DNA of 63,452 nucleotides, the filler included, from Sphacelaria rigidula (taxonomy: Eukaryota), in the NCBI GenBank assembly GCA_964200075.2. It is 8 parts of 8 records of this genome, joined end to end, with 100 filler letters (N's around TTAATTAATTAA, not from the genome) between each part and the next. Parts side by side here need not be neighbours in the genome. Positions count along the whole stretch, not along the records: positions 31,779 to 39,622 come from CAXNAA020013267.1; positions 39,723 to 47,566 come from CAXNAA020013268.1; positions 47,667 to 55,509 come from CAXNAA020013269.1; 5 more parts are not named here. One strand, given 5' to 3'. The position numbers and the translations under genes are program-made. Of this stretch, positions 36,193-47,729 are shown piece by piece. The notes under the pieces were generated by a model that saw nothing but the letters and a program-made list of their open reading frames with translations, did not search any database and had not been told where the DNA came from. Position 1 is the first letter of the stretch. Each line of letters begins with the position of its first letter.

Positions 36193-39100
36193 ACTCAATT
36201 TGACTTGAGCAAATGGATAGATGGCGTTCGAGCCAAACCTTGGATTGATAAATGAATGAATAATGGCACGAGGTTTTCAATGCGTTCTGGGATGGTAGAA
36301 CGCCGACTGCTCCCTGTGTGGAGCTCTTTTCTAGTTGCCATCGTAGTTATGTCTGTTTTCTGCTGTTCCGCTTATTGAAAACAAATACAAGTGAGTGACA
36401 GGGATACACTTCGTCTCCTGTCTGAGACAACAGGGGCATAATTTACCGATATCATGATCCTCGCCTGTGCGTTGGAGAATGGCGAGCACGCATAGCATTT
36501 GTTTTCCTCAACACGGTGGTCGAGCAATAGACTTCGTTTGACGGCGACCTCCACCAGGTGTTCGGGTGCACTAACTTTCACTCGAGTGTCGACAACCTCG
36601 CAAAAAAGTGTCGGCCATTCTACAGTAGCGCTCGAGCAGGAAAGCGTGACTGTCTTTTTGAGTAGTAGGCCGGTGGCTAAGTAAGCCGGCGCGGTGTGTG
36701 GATAGGCAGTGCGAAAAGCGAGGAAGGTGTAGCGAACGGACACCCAGACACCTCCGTTGTCAAGAGTGGGTGATTGCGTTGTTTTGTATTTTTCTTGGAA
36801 AGGATCTTGGGGAGGATCATGAGTCAGCACCGTGCGTGTTTTTCCCCTGCCGGCTTTATCGCCGCATCATTTGTTTGGTTGCCTGAGGTGTATCGAGAAA
36901 AGTCCTGCTGTAAGGACAGCTTGTATTGTCTTGTCTTTCTAGGTCCCCTTTTTTTTTCGCGTGAGTTGACTTGTCGAGTTGGTGTGAAACCCGTCCTTCA
37001 TATTTGGCTTTCTTTTTGCAGTTGCTGCTGTAGTAGCTCAAGTGATTTTCTATTCTTCGAGTGTGTGTAGCGTGTTGCAAAAAGTATAGATGGAAAACAA
37101 AGTAATGTTGGTACAGGCAAAACGAAGCGAACAGTAGAACCACTCTTGAGATTTCCGTAGGGTCATGGGGTTGAGAGCTTTGAGCTGAGCAGCAGCATTT
37201 CACTACATGCAAGTAGCACTCGAACGCACTCTAGTGCGCCTTGTCCCGCTCAAAACCCACCAACATGACGCGTAAATGCATGATGTCTATGGTAGTGCTT
37301 GTGCGGTACGACACGCCAGGTCGCGTGTCGGGCAGTCAGCGTCTGCTTGCTCGCCGTGTTCAGTCCATCTCCGCAAATATCTCAGGCAACCAGTTGTCGC
37401 AGCAGGTGATGGCTCCTTCAACGATAGGAAGGGGGGTAAAGAAGATTTCGCTATGTATGTATTCCGCGGGACACAGTACCCCGGGCATACTAGCGACCTG
37501 TCCCCGGACTTCGATGCATATGCCTCTTTGACCCCTGACACTCCCAGTTGGGTCGAAGAAAAAGCAATAGATACCTGTGGGACGGGGGGGAGGCGCAGGG
37601 CCACTTTTCTCAACCCCCGAGGACGTTGAAGCTGTGATGGTGTGATGGTGTGATCAAGAAGCGAAAAAATTACTCATTGAACCAGTGAGCGCTCTCTACT
37701 CCAATAACGGGCAAACTGTTCGCTTCCTGAACAAAATATATGCAACAGTTTACCCATTGAACCCGTGAGCGCTCACTGGTTCAATGGGTAGACAGTTCGC
37801 TTCCTGAACATGGTATCGTCGCCGTCATCATTGAACGGCTCGGGAACAGCGGAATAATGTAATGGCTTTACAACAGTGCAGTGGCTGTAGTGCTAAATTA
37901 AAAAATCACCCGGTTTGGTGGAATGCACTGTATCAGACGACAGCCCTCGCTTCAAAAGTGGAGAAAGCTCACGACTATGTTTCGGATAAAAAAAACGTGG
38001 CCAAATGGATCAATCCCGCCAAAAAGGTCACGCGATTTGTACAACAACATGCGCGAACACACTTCTTACGATGCAGCCTCTCCCACACGGGCTCCCGACT
38101 TCATGTTTGGCGTCGACGTGCGAACTATTGTAAGTATCCCGGGCATATTATTCCATTTTCGTTCCTCACGGTGGACAGCAGCTTGCGAACATTTTTTACC
38201 CTGCTGCCGTCGATGTATAGCGCAGCATAGTCGTGCATCGCGAGTACCCTCGCGCCGGAAAGATCTTCCGAGACCCGTGTGCTGTCCAGGAGAGTGCATA
38301 TTTCCGCCACGCAACGACAGAGACACGTGATTCACTCGTGTATAACTCACGTGGGCTGAGTGTCACGATCAATATTACAATACGATGCCCCACGGCCTCC
38401 GTGTGCTGTCCGTCGCGCATGTGCGTTCCTACTGATCTGCAGCAAAAAGACTTCCCGTTGTTCGCTGCGCTCTCTCAGAACATGAACGGGACGTGATGTA
38501 CGGCTGGCTCAGTGCTGCTGTTTTGTTAGGGTGTGGATTGGATGCAACACCTGCCCCCCGAAAACACCCAGAACGGGGTCGTTAAGACACGTATCCTGGA
38601 TCCGACATCAATACGTCACGTTCGTTCACCACGCAGTTTGTAGACCGTCACAAGTTTCAGCGAAACAGCCATATGCTTTTATTCATACAACGGAAGTAAG
38701 CTTCTCTTCAACCATGATCACGAGCAAGAATAAATGAACAAAAGTGGTGCACCAAAGGCGTGCTAATAATCGGGTGTCGGGTTAAGCTACCCTCGCAGCC
38801 AACGGATGCCCCTCAGCCCACTTCCAGCGGCGACGTTGGTTTCCGGGCCGTTGATGATATAGGCGGTGGCCGAACCGTCTTCCTTTTTGTCGAAAGTCGC
38901 CTTGGACGAGTGTATAGTGACCTTGGGCTCAGCCTCTGTCCCTCGAGAGTCTCCGTACCAATCCTCCTCGCCTTGGTTTTTCTCCTCACGTCCGTCATCC
39001 TGATATTTTTTACCGATGTATAGGGATGTTTTGGTGTATATCGAGCGCACTTTGGGGGTCAAGCTTCTCGCTGATTTCCAGAAGTTGTCCCAAGGAAGTG

Positions 39101-39722
39101 TACGTCGACATCAGGGAAAACGATAGTATTTTCAATTGCATGGACTGGAGAGCCATGGCATGCCGGCACAAAAAGAGTGATGAAACGTACTCCAACGCTG
39201 GACAAGAAGCGTTGGAACAAGCTACCACCGGCAGCACTCAGCACATAGCGAGGCATTATTTCGGACCACAATATATCGTGAAGATACGTGAGATTTTTGC
39301 AAATATTCTCACGCGACAGCGCAAGAATAGGGTCCGGGTCTGGCGTCCCAGCGCTTTATCGAGATGACGGCGCTGCAATAAACTGTACGTGAATCGAGAT
39401 CGAGCGACCACGTAGAAACGAATCGGGAGCGCTCCACTGTTGTGGGTGACGATCAACCACAGCTACAATATATTTTCCTCTTGTACCTTACGTAGATGAG
39501 TGTATTTGGTCCTGCACTCTAATATTTTTGTGCACCCCACTAGAATGGAGTTTAGGCTGAGTCATCCTACGATAGGGGGGGGGTATTTGGTTGCACGAAA
39601 AAGGAGGCTCATAAGTGTGTCANNNNNNNNNNNNNNNNNNNNNNNNNNNNNNNNNNNNNNNNNNNNTTAATTAATTAANNNNNNNNNNNNNNNNNNNNNN
39701 NNNNNNNNNNNNNNNNNNNNNN

Positions 39723-40220
39723 AGTCGTTTGACCATTGACCACGCATCCCTTTCGAGACGGAGTATATATATGGGGGGGGGGGAAGCGTACTCACTTGTT
39801 GGTTGCCTCAGTCGTTTGACTATTGACCACCGTAGGGGGGGGAAGGGGGGGGGGGAAGCTTTTCTAAATTTTGATGATGGTTGAGGTAGTCTTCCTATGA
39901 TTGCAACATCGTTCATTTTCGGAGCCGGGTGAAGGGGAGGAAATGAAATGACTCACGTTAGACGACGCCATGTAGAGGTTGTGCGTTCAAGAAGTACTGA
40001 TACCAGTCTTGGGTAAGGAGCTACTTCTACGGGCAATTATTCTCTCACCAAGGGGTACGCCTGTGTGGGCCGTCGGAGCACGCGCTCACTAGCAGTGCGT
40101 AAAATGGGCTCTGGTCAGCGGGGGGGGGGGGGGCGTACTCATTTGTTGCTTGCCTTAGTCATTTGACCATTGACCACGCATCCCTTTCGAGACGGAGCAG
40201 TCTGGTCAGCGGGGGGGAAA
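39723..40220 (+). repeat. Dispersed/tandem ~100-bp poly-G-bounded repeat
   Basis: The unit GTACTCA.TTGTTG.TT.C.T.AG.C.TTTGACCATTGACCACG...TTTCGAGA.GGAG occurs at about 39723, 39785 and 40130, and on another contig at about 11175-11245. Confidence 0.75.
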
Positions 40221-43200
40221 AAGCGCTCGCTTCACGAAACAAGCCACAGTGTACATACAAGGTACGAAACAGACGCGTGCTTTTCCACCGTTGTCTTTTT
40301 GCCTTGTACTACGAGTATGTGCCATCATCCATTTAGTCGTCTATATGTATGGATCTTCTGATGCTCTTGCCGGTGGGGAAAAATATCGAACTTGAACTGC
40401 AGATGCTGGTCGGCAGATATCAGCAAACGGCCGCAAATGAAAGACGTTGAGCTATCCTTGAGGAAGCTTGCAGCTACTCTGGCGTAGTCATTCGCTACGC
40501 ACACACTCCGTGACGTCAAGGAAAAAGCGCAGGTGCCGTGCTGCTGGCTGCGTGAGGGAGCAAGCTAGCGGGGATTCCTCGCGTCACGAGGTACAAAGAA
40601 GGTGCTACAAGTGAGGCTCGCGTGGATCCGATTCCTGCTGAGGTTTTCATTATGTGGGACGGAAGCGATTAGTTTCAGGAAGCGGAGCGAGTGGCGTTTG
40701 TTTAGTGTGAAATGGCTCTCGAGACTATGGATGGTATTGACGGCAGCATGAACTTCGTGCTGTGCGTTCATTTGCCGCTGCATGGACGTGTGGTCCTTGT
40801 TACCTGATTCGGAACGATGTTGCTCTCCATTGTGTTTTATTTTTATTTCGTTTCTTGTGGCTTTTGGCCGCTGAGAAGACGGAAGAGTGGAGGAGCTGCT
40901 TGTTTGTGGTTTGGTCGGGGAGTGCTGAGGGAGGGAGAGTAGTCGTGTTGTGCATGACGTTGCAATGCTCTTGTGTTGTTCTCCGGCGTATCGAGCACTC
41001 CCCGGAGAAAGGAATGCACTGAGCGCGCTGGTGCATTTATTCCCTCGCCCCCCGCCCCATCCCCCTCTTTTGTAAATGTTGGCGTTGATGTATGTTTACA
41101 TAGGTTTCTTATGCGATGATTTTTGGTCGTTTTTGACGTAGCGAGTAGGGCACCCCGAGGTAAAGTGATCGACGGAGAGCGCCGGTGCATGTCAACCCCG
41201 CCTGCCCCCTCCACCTCCCACCTGTTTTTTCCATGGCAGTATTGCTGTGTGTGTTCATACATGAACATGCGTGTTGCAGTTGTTGCGGGGAAAAATGACT
41301 GGGGTAGGTCGATGTTTTCGTGTAGTTGTTGTTGTGTGGTGATTTCAACACCTTGAGAGGAAGTGGTGCACAGAGAGCGCTGGGGTAGGTCATACCCCTC
41401 TCTCCCGCCCTTCCCCCGCCTACAGGTGAAGGATTAAGGCCCGCCTCCCCGCCGCCCCGTCTCTCTTTTCTGCACAGTGGTGGTGTTGGGTCTTGCTGAC
41501 ATTGCCTATCATGGGCGAAGAAAAAATGCTGCAGTGTAACACTCTGCTGTTATTTGCTCCGTTGTGAATCGGAGACCCCGAGTGGAACAGTAGTGTTGAC
41601 CGGCAGTTGCAGTGTTCTCACACAGTGTTTCATTCGAAGTGCTAAAGTTGGGCAAGAGCGCAGAGTATTATGAATGATCGATAATCAATCTGTATCTCAG
41701 CATCATTGCCGCCGGTCCCTTTTTGTTTCCGTAGAGCCGTAGAAACGATATGCGAGCGTGCGCGTACATCCCGCGAGCGGCAAATGACATGGATGCAGAA
41801 TGCATGCAGACTGTTTTGCTTCAAAAATAACGATATTGTATGAAGTGGTTGTATTTTGTTTGTGTTGGTTTGGTATAGTTATTTTCCGTGTGTCTTGTGT
41901 ATTATTCGGATTTGTTGTTGCTGTTCCTCATGATCGCCGATTTCCTCCCTTTTGTCTGTTTCCCTCGTGTAGGGAGAGTTTCCGACTTACCGAGTGTGTT
42001 CCGGGGGGCTTTTGCACCGTGGGTACGTCCATCGTGCGATCACGGCTGGATTTGTAGCTGATTACTTCGTGTAAGACAAACAGTGACGTGATCAATCAAC
42101 CAATATAGGAAGTAGACAGTTCGGGTACATGTGTACATGTAAGTATTCCCCCCCCCCTTAATTCACATGCCCCACGACTGCGATTCTTGATAGTTGTTGA
42201 GTACACACCCTTTGAATTTGTCGTCGTTATCCTCTCGGTACTCCTGATAAGACTCGACTCTTGAGTCTTGCATCATTTCCGGAGTGAAGTTGTATGAGCC
42301 GACTATTTTATCATTCCCAAGTATCCGAGTGGAGTCGTATGAGATGACTCTTCGTTGTCGCTCATTTTCCGAATGGGATCGTATGAGTAGTGGACTGACT
42401 CTCTGAGTCGTCCCTAAATTTTCGAATTGAGTCTCATCAATCGACCCGAGTATTCCATCATTTTTCGAGATGCATTGCATGAGTAACTCTAGCCGTCCCT
42501 CTTTTTCCGCAGTGAGTCGCATAGGCCGAGATTCACGACAAAAGACTCGTTATACGTGTGAAGAAAAAAAATTATTTCACGAAATGTTTAACGTCTGTAC
42601 TTCTTCTTTGCCATGAGTAAGGTCCGTTTTGACGTGCAGATCGTACCTCCCCAACGGAGGTACTCACGATGCTATAGTTCGGTTGAGAAGTTATAGTTTG
42701 GAGGTGCCCATTGACAATACTAGAAGTTTTTTTTTTTTTTCATGCACAATATCGGGTCAGGGTTGACCTAAAGTTGGCCCATCATGGTCATGGTCACTTC
42801 ATTATAAGTTTTTTTGCCAAACTAGGCCAAATTGGCCATTTTGCGTTCTAGACATGGGTGATGGCGTAACGAAGTGGTTTCGGACGAGAAATGGCTACCC
42901 GCTGTACAAAACGTAAGCTAAACGACGATTTTTCGATTTTTTTTTGCCATTTCCCCCGGGTTTTCTATTTATTTCACCTCCGAAGTATAACCGTAGCTAT
43001 ATTCCTCAATCCAGGCGCGAAATATACGGCCATTTTGGGCCCGGCCGTTTTTTTTATGGCTGTTCGGACGCATGAAACAAGTGTGAAATGTACGAAAAAA
43101 AAGTGATTTCAGTCCCGAAGCGCCAAAGAATACAATGAAAAAAAACGAAAACCGATGTGGACACAGTGAAAAATCTGTGTGACCATAATGGACAGTATTC

Positions 43201-44467
43201 ATGTCACAGACAAAGTATGTGTACGTGCAGCTCACGCTTGTGTCATGTATATGCATTCACCCAATCTATGTATTCATATATATATATATATATGTGTTTG
43301 GTACACATTTGAGTATAATGTATCTGGCTCATACTCGACTGGGGTTGACTATGTCGGCTGCATTCACTTATCCGATGCTGATCTAGAACCGCAAGCACAA
43401 CGCACAATACACTCCATTTTTGGCGGTTGCAACACTTCACAGTCCGGACGAATCAGACTTTACACGGGTTGACTCGTCATGATGTTGAGTGCAATCGTGT
43501 GCCAAAGATTAAACCGGTATTGATCACGGATGATGAGGTTGTATGCTCAAATTCGCACCGCACGAAACACTAACTGGGAATGTGTACACTCCAAGCAGTA
43601 TCACATGAACGAAGAGTGCGAAATATGTACGAATCACAGTTTCTGTACGAATCATTAGCGGAGAAAACGTCACATTGATTCGTCCCGCATGAATCGTGGA
43701 TGGAACGTATGTACGCTTGTATCATCTCGTATGAATTGCGGATCAGAAACGTGTACATATGATTCATGCCTTATTATTACTGTAAAGTGGGAAGCATGTA
43801 CACTTGATTCATCTCGCATGAATCACAGGTGGAAAAAATGTATACTTCCTTTGTCCCATAAGTAAAGGTCTTTGTGATTACACAGACCCTTAAGGGTGTC
43901 AGACGTCGCAGGCGGGATATTTTTTTCATCTTCGATGTTTTTTTAGTTGGATACCGTATTCTTTTTTTTCTGCACGCACCACTCTGCATGCTTGAACGGC
44001 CGTATAAAAAGCGGTCGGCCCGAAGAGGGTCGTATTTCGCCCCTTTTCCAGGGGCGAAAAAGTGCCGGCGGGGGGGGGAAACACCTTCGTTCATCGTCCT
44101 CGCCGTCACTGGGGCTTGAATTTAGATAGTCTCAGGCCTTCTTCAAGCCCCCCTGATCATATTTTACCATCCTTTCCAACGCTCCTGCCTTCTGCCGCGC
44201 CAATACTCCGGTATGCTTCACGCCAAACTCGTTATCGCCCATCGACATACAAAATTCCCCCAGACGGCCAAATTTCCCACTTTTTGACCCACTAATTATC
44301 AGTAAGCCCGGGTCGGATTTTTTTTTCATGTGCAAACCGTATCAATAGCTTTTCAGTAAACCTAGCTTTGGCATCATCGGCAACTCCATTAGCGAAATAT
44401 GATCTGCCCCCCCATGATAAGGACCTATACTTATGATACACAGGAAGTATACGATCAATGCTAACGT

Positions 44468-44692
44468 CAACTCTGGTTCGCGGGAGCCCTTGTCCGGCAG
44501 AAGGACACACGCCTTCCTAAACGCGTCATGAAAGGTCGTCTTTCCACACGAGGACCCAAGGAGACCAGCCGCCCCCCGAAGCAATGGGAGGATACCCTAA
44601 AGGAAAACATACGTGCGCTAGGGGCTATCCCGCATAAAGGAGCTCGACGAAAGTGGTTCGTTTACGGTGTAGAGGTTAACGATGCATATGAG
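44468..44692 (+). mobile_element. Fragment of an RTE-clade LINE ORF (C-terminal post-RT region)
   Basis: QLWFAGALVRQKDTRLPKRVMKGRLSTRGPKETSRPPKQWEDTLKENIRALG matches the RTE C-terminal pattern L.W.G...R....RLPK....G........GRP...W.D. Truncated on both sides. Confidence 0.8.
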
Positions 44693-45476
44693 AAGAGGAA
44701 AGTACATTCCAATTTTCAAATTGGTTGTTGTCTAAGGCTATTCCAGATCCGGTTTTGGATTTCTGTGACAGAAAAACGAGCAGAAGTTTTCGAGAACTTT
44801 TCAAAAATCAAACAGAACTTTTCAAGAACCGCTCAAAAGAGGACCCCATTATCTGGAGTACATGGTGGTACACTCAGCATAGGACAACTCTCCAGTGGTA
44901 TATGAAGTGCAGAGTACTACACTGAACACCACACAACACGGCAGTTCTGCAGTGTTTTCTAGTTTTAGAACCTGAAGGCGGACTGTATACAGTATGACAC
45001 CGTCACTACTGTACTCTCTGGGCTCGCAGAGTACAGCCTGTACTCGGACAAGGGAGGTGGACAGCACGCTATCACTTGTGGATAGACACACTGCAGTAGT
45101 AGCTGGGTATGCTTTATTAGGTGAAAACTTGCACGTCTTCTCTCATGATGGGCATCAACGACAGAACTGCGTGGTACGATGGGCAACCGAGTTGTGTGCA
45201 CGCTCATGGATATCGCAGTCTGTAGAAAGCTGCACGTTGCTGAAGTCCTCTCCACGTCGGATTGTAAGCAGGGGGGACTGATAGTCCTGGGCTCTCTACA
45301 CTACATGTTGCCCGCTTCTCCTTCATATCCTCCTGAACGAAACACGCACACACGCACTCAAGACACCCTACTTGCAAGTGGTGCAGACAGTACAGACTGT
45401 GTGTATTGTACACGAGTGACCATGTGCCGCGTCACGAATTTCAGGCACAGGACCCATACACAGGGATCATTTAATG

Positions 45477-46455
45477 TACAATTATTTGCGCGAAGGGCGA
45501 TCATGTCCGAGCGTTCAACATCGGCACCCTGCAAACAGTGAGGGCCCGTTTAAAATCAGCCGAAGAACTAGAACATGGGACGTGTCTTGTCTCACTGTAT
45601 TGCAGCACAAACACACTCACTTCCGCCCTCATGTATGTGTTGTAGCTATCACTGTTTCGGGATGTGCTTAGACCTTGCGAAGACGGTTTGAACACGGGAT
45701 CTTACAAATTGGGGATCGATCTTTTATCGGGGATGGGAATACCGGAGAATTAAAATCTTCGTACCCACACCAAATCTTCGAGATATGGTTCCACTTCTTC
45801 ACCTACCGATTGCTATTGACAACAACTGCTACACGCCATAGAAATTTGGATTTCGATCACCCAAATGTTGGGGTCCGAGGTGAAAAACCAATTTGGGGGA
45901 AATTTGGGTGTCCGAACGGACGCCAAAATGGTTCCGAAACTTTTTTCTCACCTGGGACCCCAACATTTGGGTGATCGAAATCCAAATTTCAATGGCGTGT
46001 AGCAGTTGTCAACAGCTATCGGTAAGTGAAGACATGGAACCACATTTCGAAGATTTGGTGTGGATACGAAGATTTTAGTTCTCCGGGATTCCCATCCCCA
46101 ATAAAAGATCGATCCCCAATTTGTAAGATTCCGTGTTTCTGGTCTCCGCTGAGATGGAGCGTACACACAACAGTCTTTGTTTGACAGCTTTAGTTTACAA
46201 TTATTTGCGCGAAGGGCGATCATGTCCGAGCGTTCAACATCGGCACCCTGCAAACAGTGAGGGCCCATTTAAAATCAGCCGGAGAACTAAAACAGGAGAC
46301 GTGTCTTGTCTCTCTGTACTGCAGCACAAACACACTCACTTCCGCTCTCACGTGCTGTAACTGTCACTGTTGTTCTGGGGTGTGTTTAGACCTTGCGAAG
46401 ACGGTTTGGCCTCCGCTGAGATGGAGCGTACACATAACAATCTTTGTTTGACTGC
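45477..46455 (+). repeat. ~270-bp tandem duplication, first unit interrupted by a foldback element
   Basis: TACAATTATTTGCGCGAAGGGCGATCATGTCCGAGCGTTCAACATCGGCACCCTGCAAACAGTGAGGGCCC starts at both 45477 and 46196. Confidence 0.9.
45691..46139. mobile_element. Foldback MITE, ~450 bp with ~190-bp inverted arms
   Basis: AACACGGGATCTTACAAATTGGGGATCGATCTTTTAT... is mirrored by ...ATAAAAGATCGATCCCCAATTTGTAAGATTCCGTGTT. The empty site is visible in the second tandem unit at about 46400-46420. Confidence 0.88.
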
Positions 46456-47729
46456 AAATCGAGCCGTAGCTGCTCATCAGCTGTGCACCTTGTGCGTGAG
46501 CTTGCTCACATCTGTTCGAAATTCGTTGAGAACTGATGATTTGTGTGAGATGCGCGCGCAGCACACGCTTACAAAACGGTCAGTAACGACAGGTTTTCGG
46601 TTGTTCTTGAAACGCCTGCAGCCGCCATTCGTCCAATACAGAACGGATTTCTGTCAAACAAAGACTGTCGTGTGTAGATCATCAAGGGCTCGCAGTGAAA
46701 ACTAATGCGCGTGAGTGGTGGGTGTCTATGCGTGTTTTTTCGAGGCTGGGTGTGTAGGTGTTGTGTTGCCTTGTTGTTTCTTGTCTGCAGCATTACACAG
46801 ATCTTGGACCTGCTTGGACAATCGACCACTTCCAGATCCGTCGCAATTCTCAACCCGCGTGCAGATCTGCGTTCGAATCAGTACAAAACTGCTTGTCGAT
46901 AGGACTGGGGACTGGTCGTTATGGGACCAATCCCCCGTTAAAGTGGATTGTGAAAGAGGGGAATCCCCTTCGTCAAAAAGGGCCCTAACAGCTCTAGCAC
47001 TCTCTCTCCTTCACGCCGGCGGCTCAGATGCCGCCAAAGAAGGCGAGTCCCATCGATCTTCATCGAAGGCGTCTGTCTCTTCTGTCCTTTTTCCATGACA
47101 TTCCAATGTTAGAAAGGATAGGAAAATTGGAAGCATGGCGTATGAATGGAAGGTGGGACACATGTACCCGTGATTCATCTCGCATGAATCACGGGTGGAC
47201 GACGTGTACGCGTGGTTCATACCGCATGAATAGAAGGTGGGGAACATGTACCCGTGACTTACGTAATGCACGAGCACCATCCTTCTTGTCTTTGTTCGTG
47301 CTTGTGTTTGCCTTTGTTCGTGCTTGTCTTTGTCTTTGTGTTTGTCGTCATTTTGTTGTTACTGCTGTTGTTTGTTCCTGAAGTTGTTTATTGTTGTTTG
47401 TTGTTTGTTGTTGGTGGTGGTGGTGGTGGTGTTTTTTGTTGTTATCGCTGCCCCCTTTCTTTCCTTTCTGAGGCCGTTGCTTCTGTCGTTTTTCCGTTCC
47501 TTTCTTTCTTTATTGTATTTTTTTCATTATTCTGTTCTGTTTTTGCTGCTTGTGATATAGATGGAANNNNNNNNNNNNNNNNNNNNNNNNNNNNNNNNNN
47601 NNNNNNNNNNTTAATTAATTAANNNNNNNNNNNNNNNNNNNNNNNNNNNNNNNNNNNNNNNNNNNNCGCCCCCCCCCCCCCACCCCCTTACATAAAATGC
47701 CTCCTTTATCGCGTTCCCCAGAGGCAGGT

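Noticed and set aside
43570..43860. Palindromic ~44-bp units resembling CRISPR repeats (also 55745-56258 and 57150-57310)
   Set aside because: The units are degenerate and contiguous, with no unique spacers and no cas genes, in a eukaryotic context.
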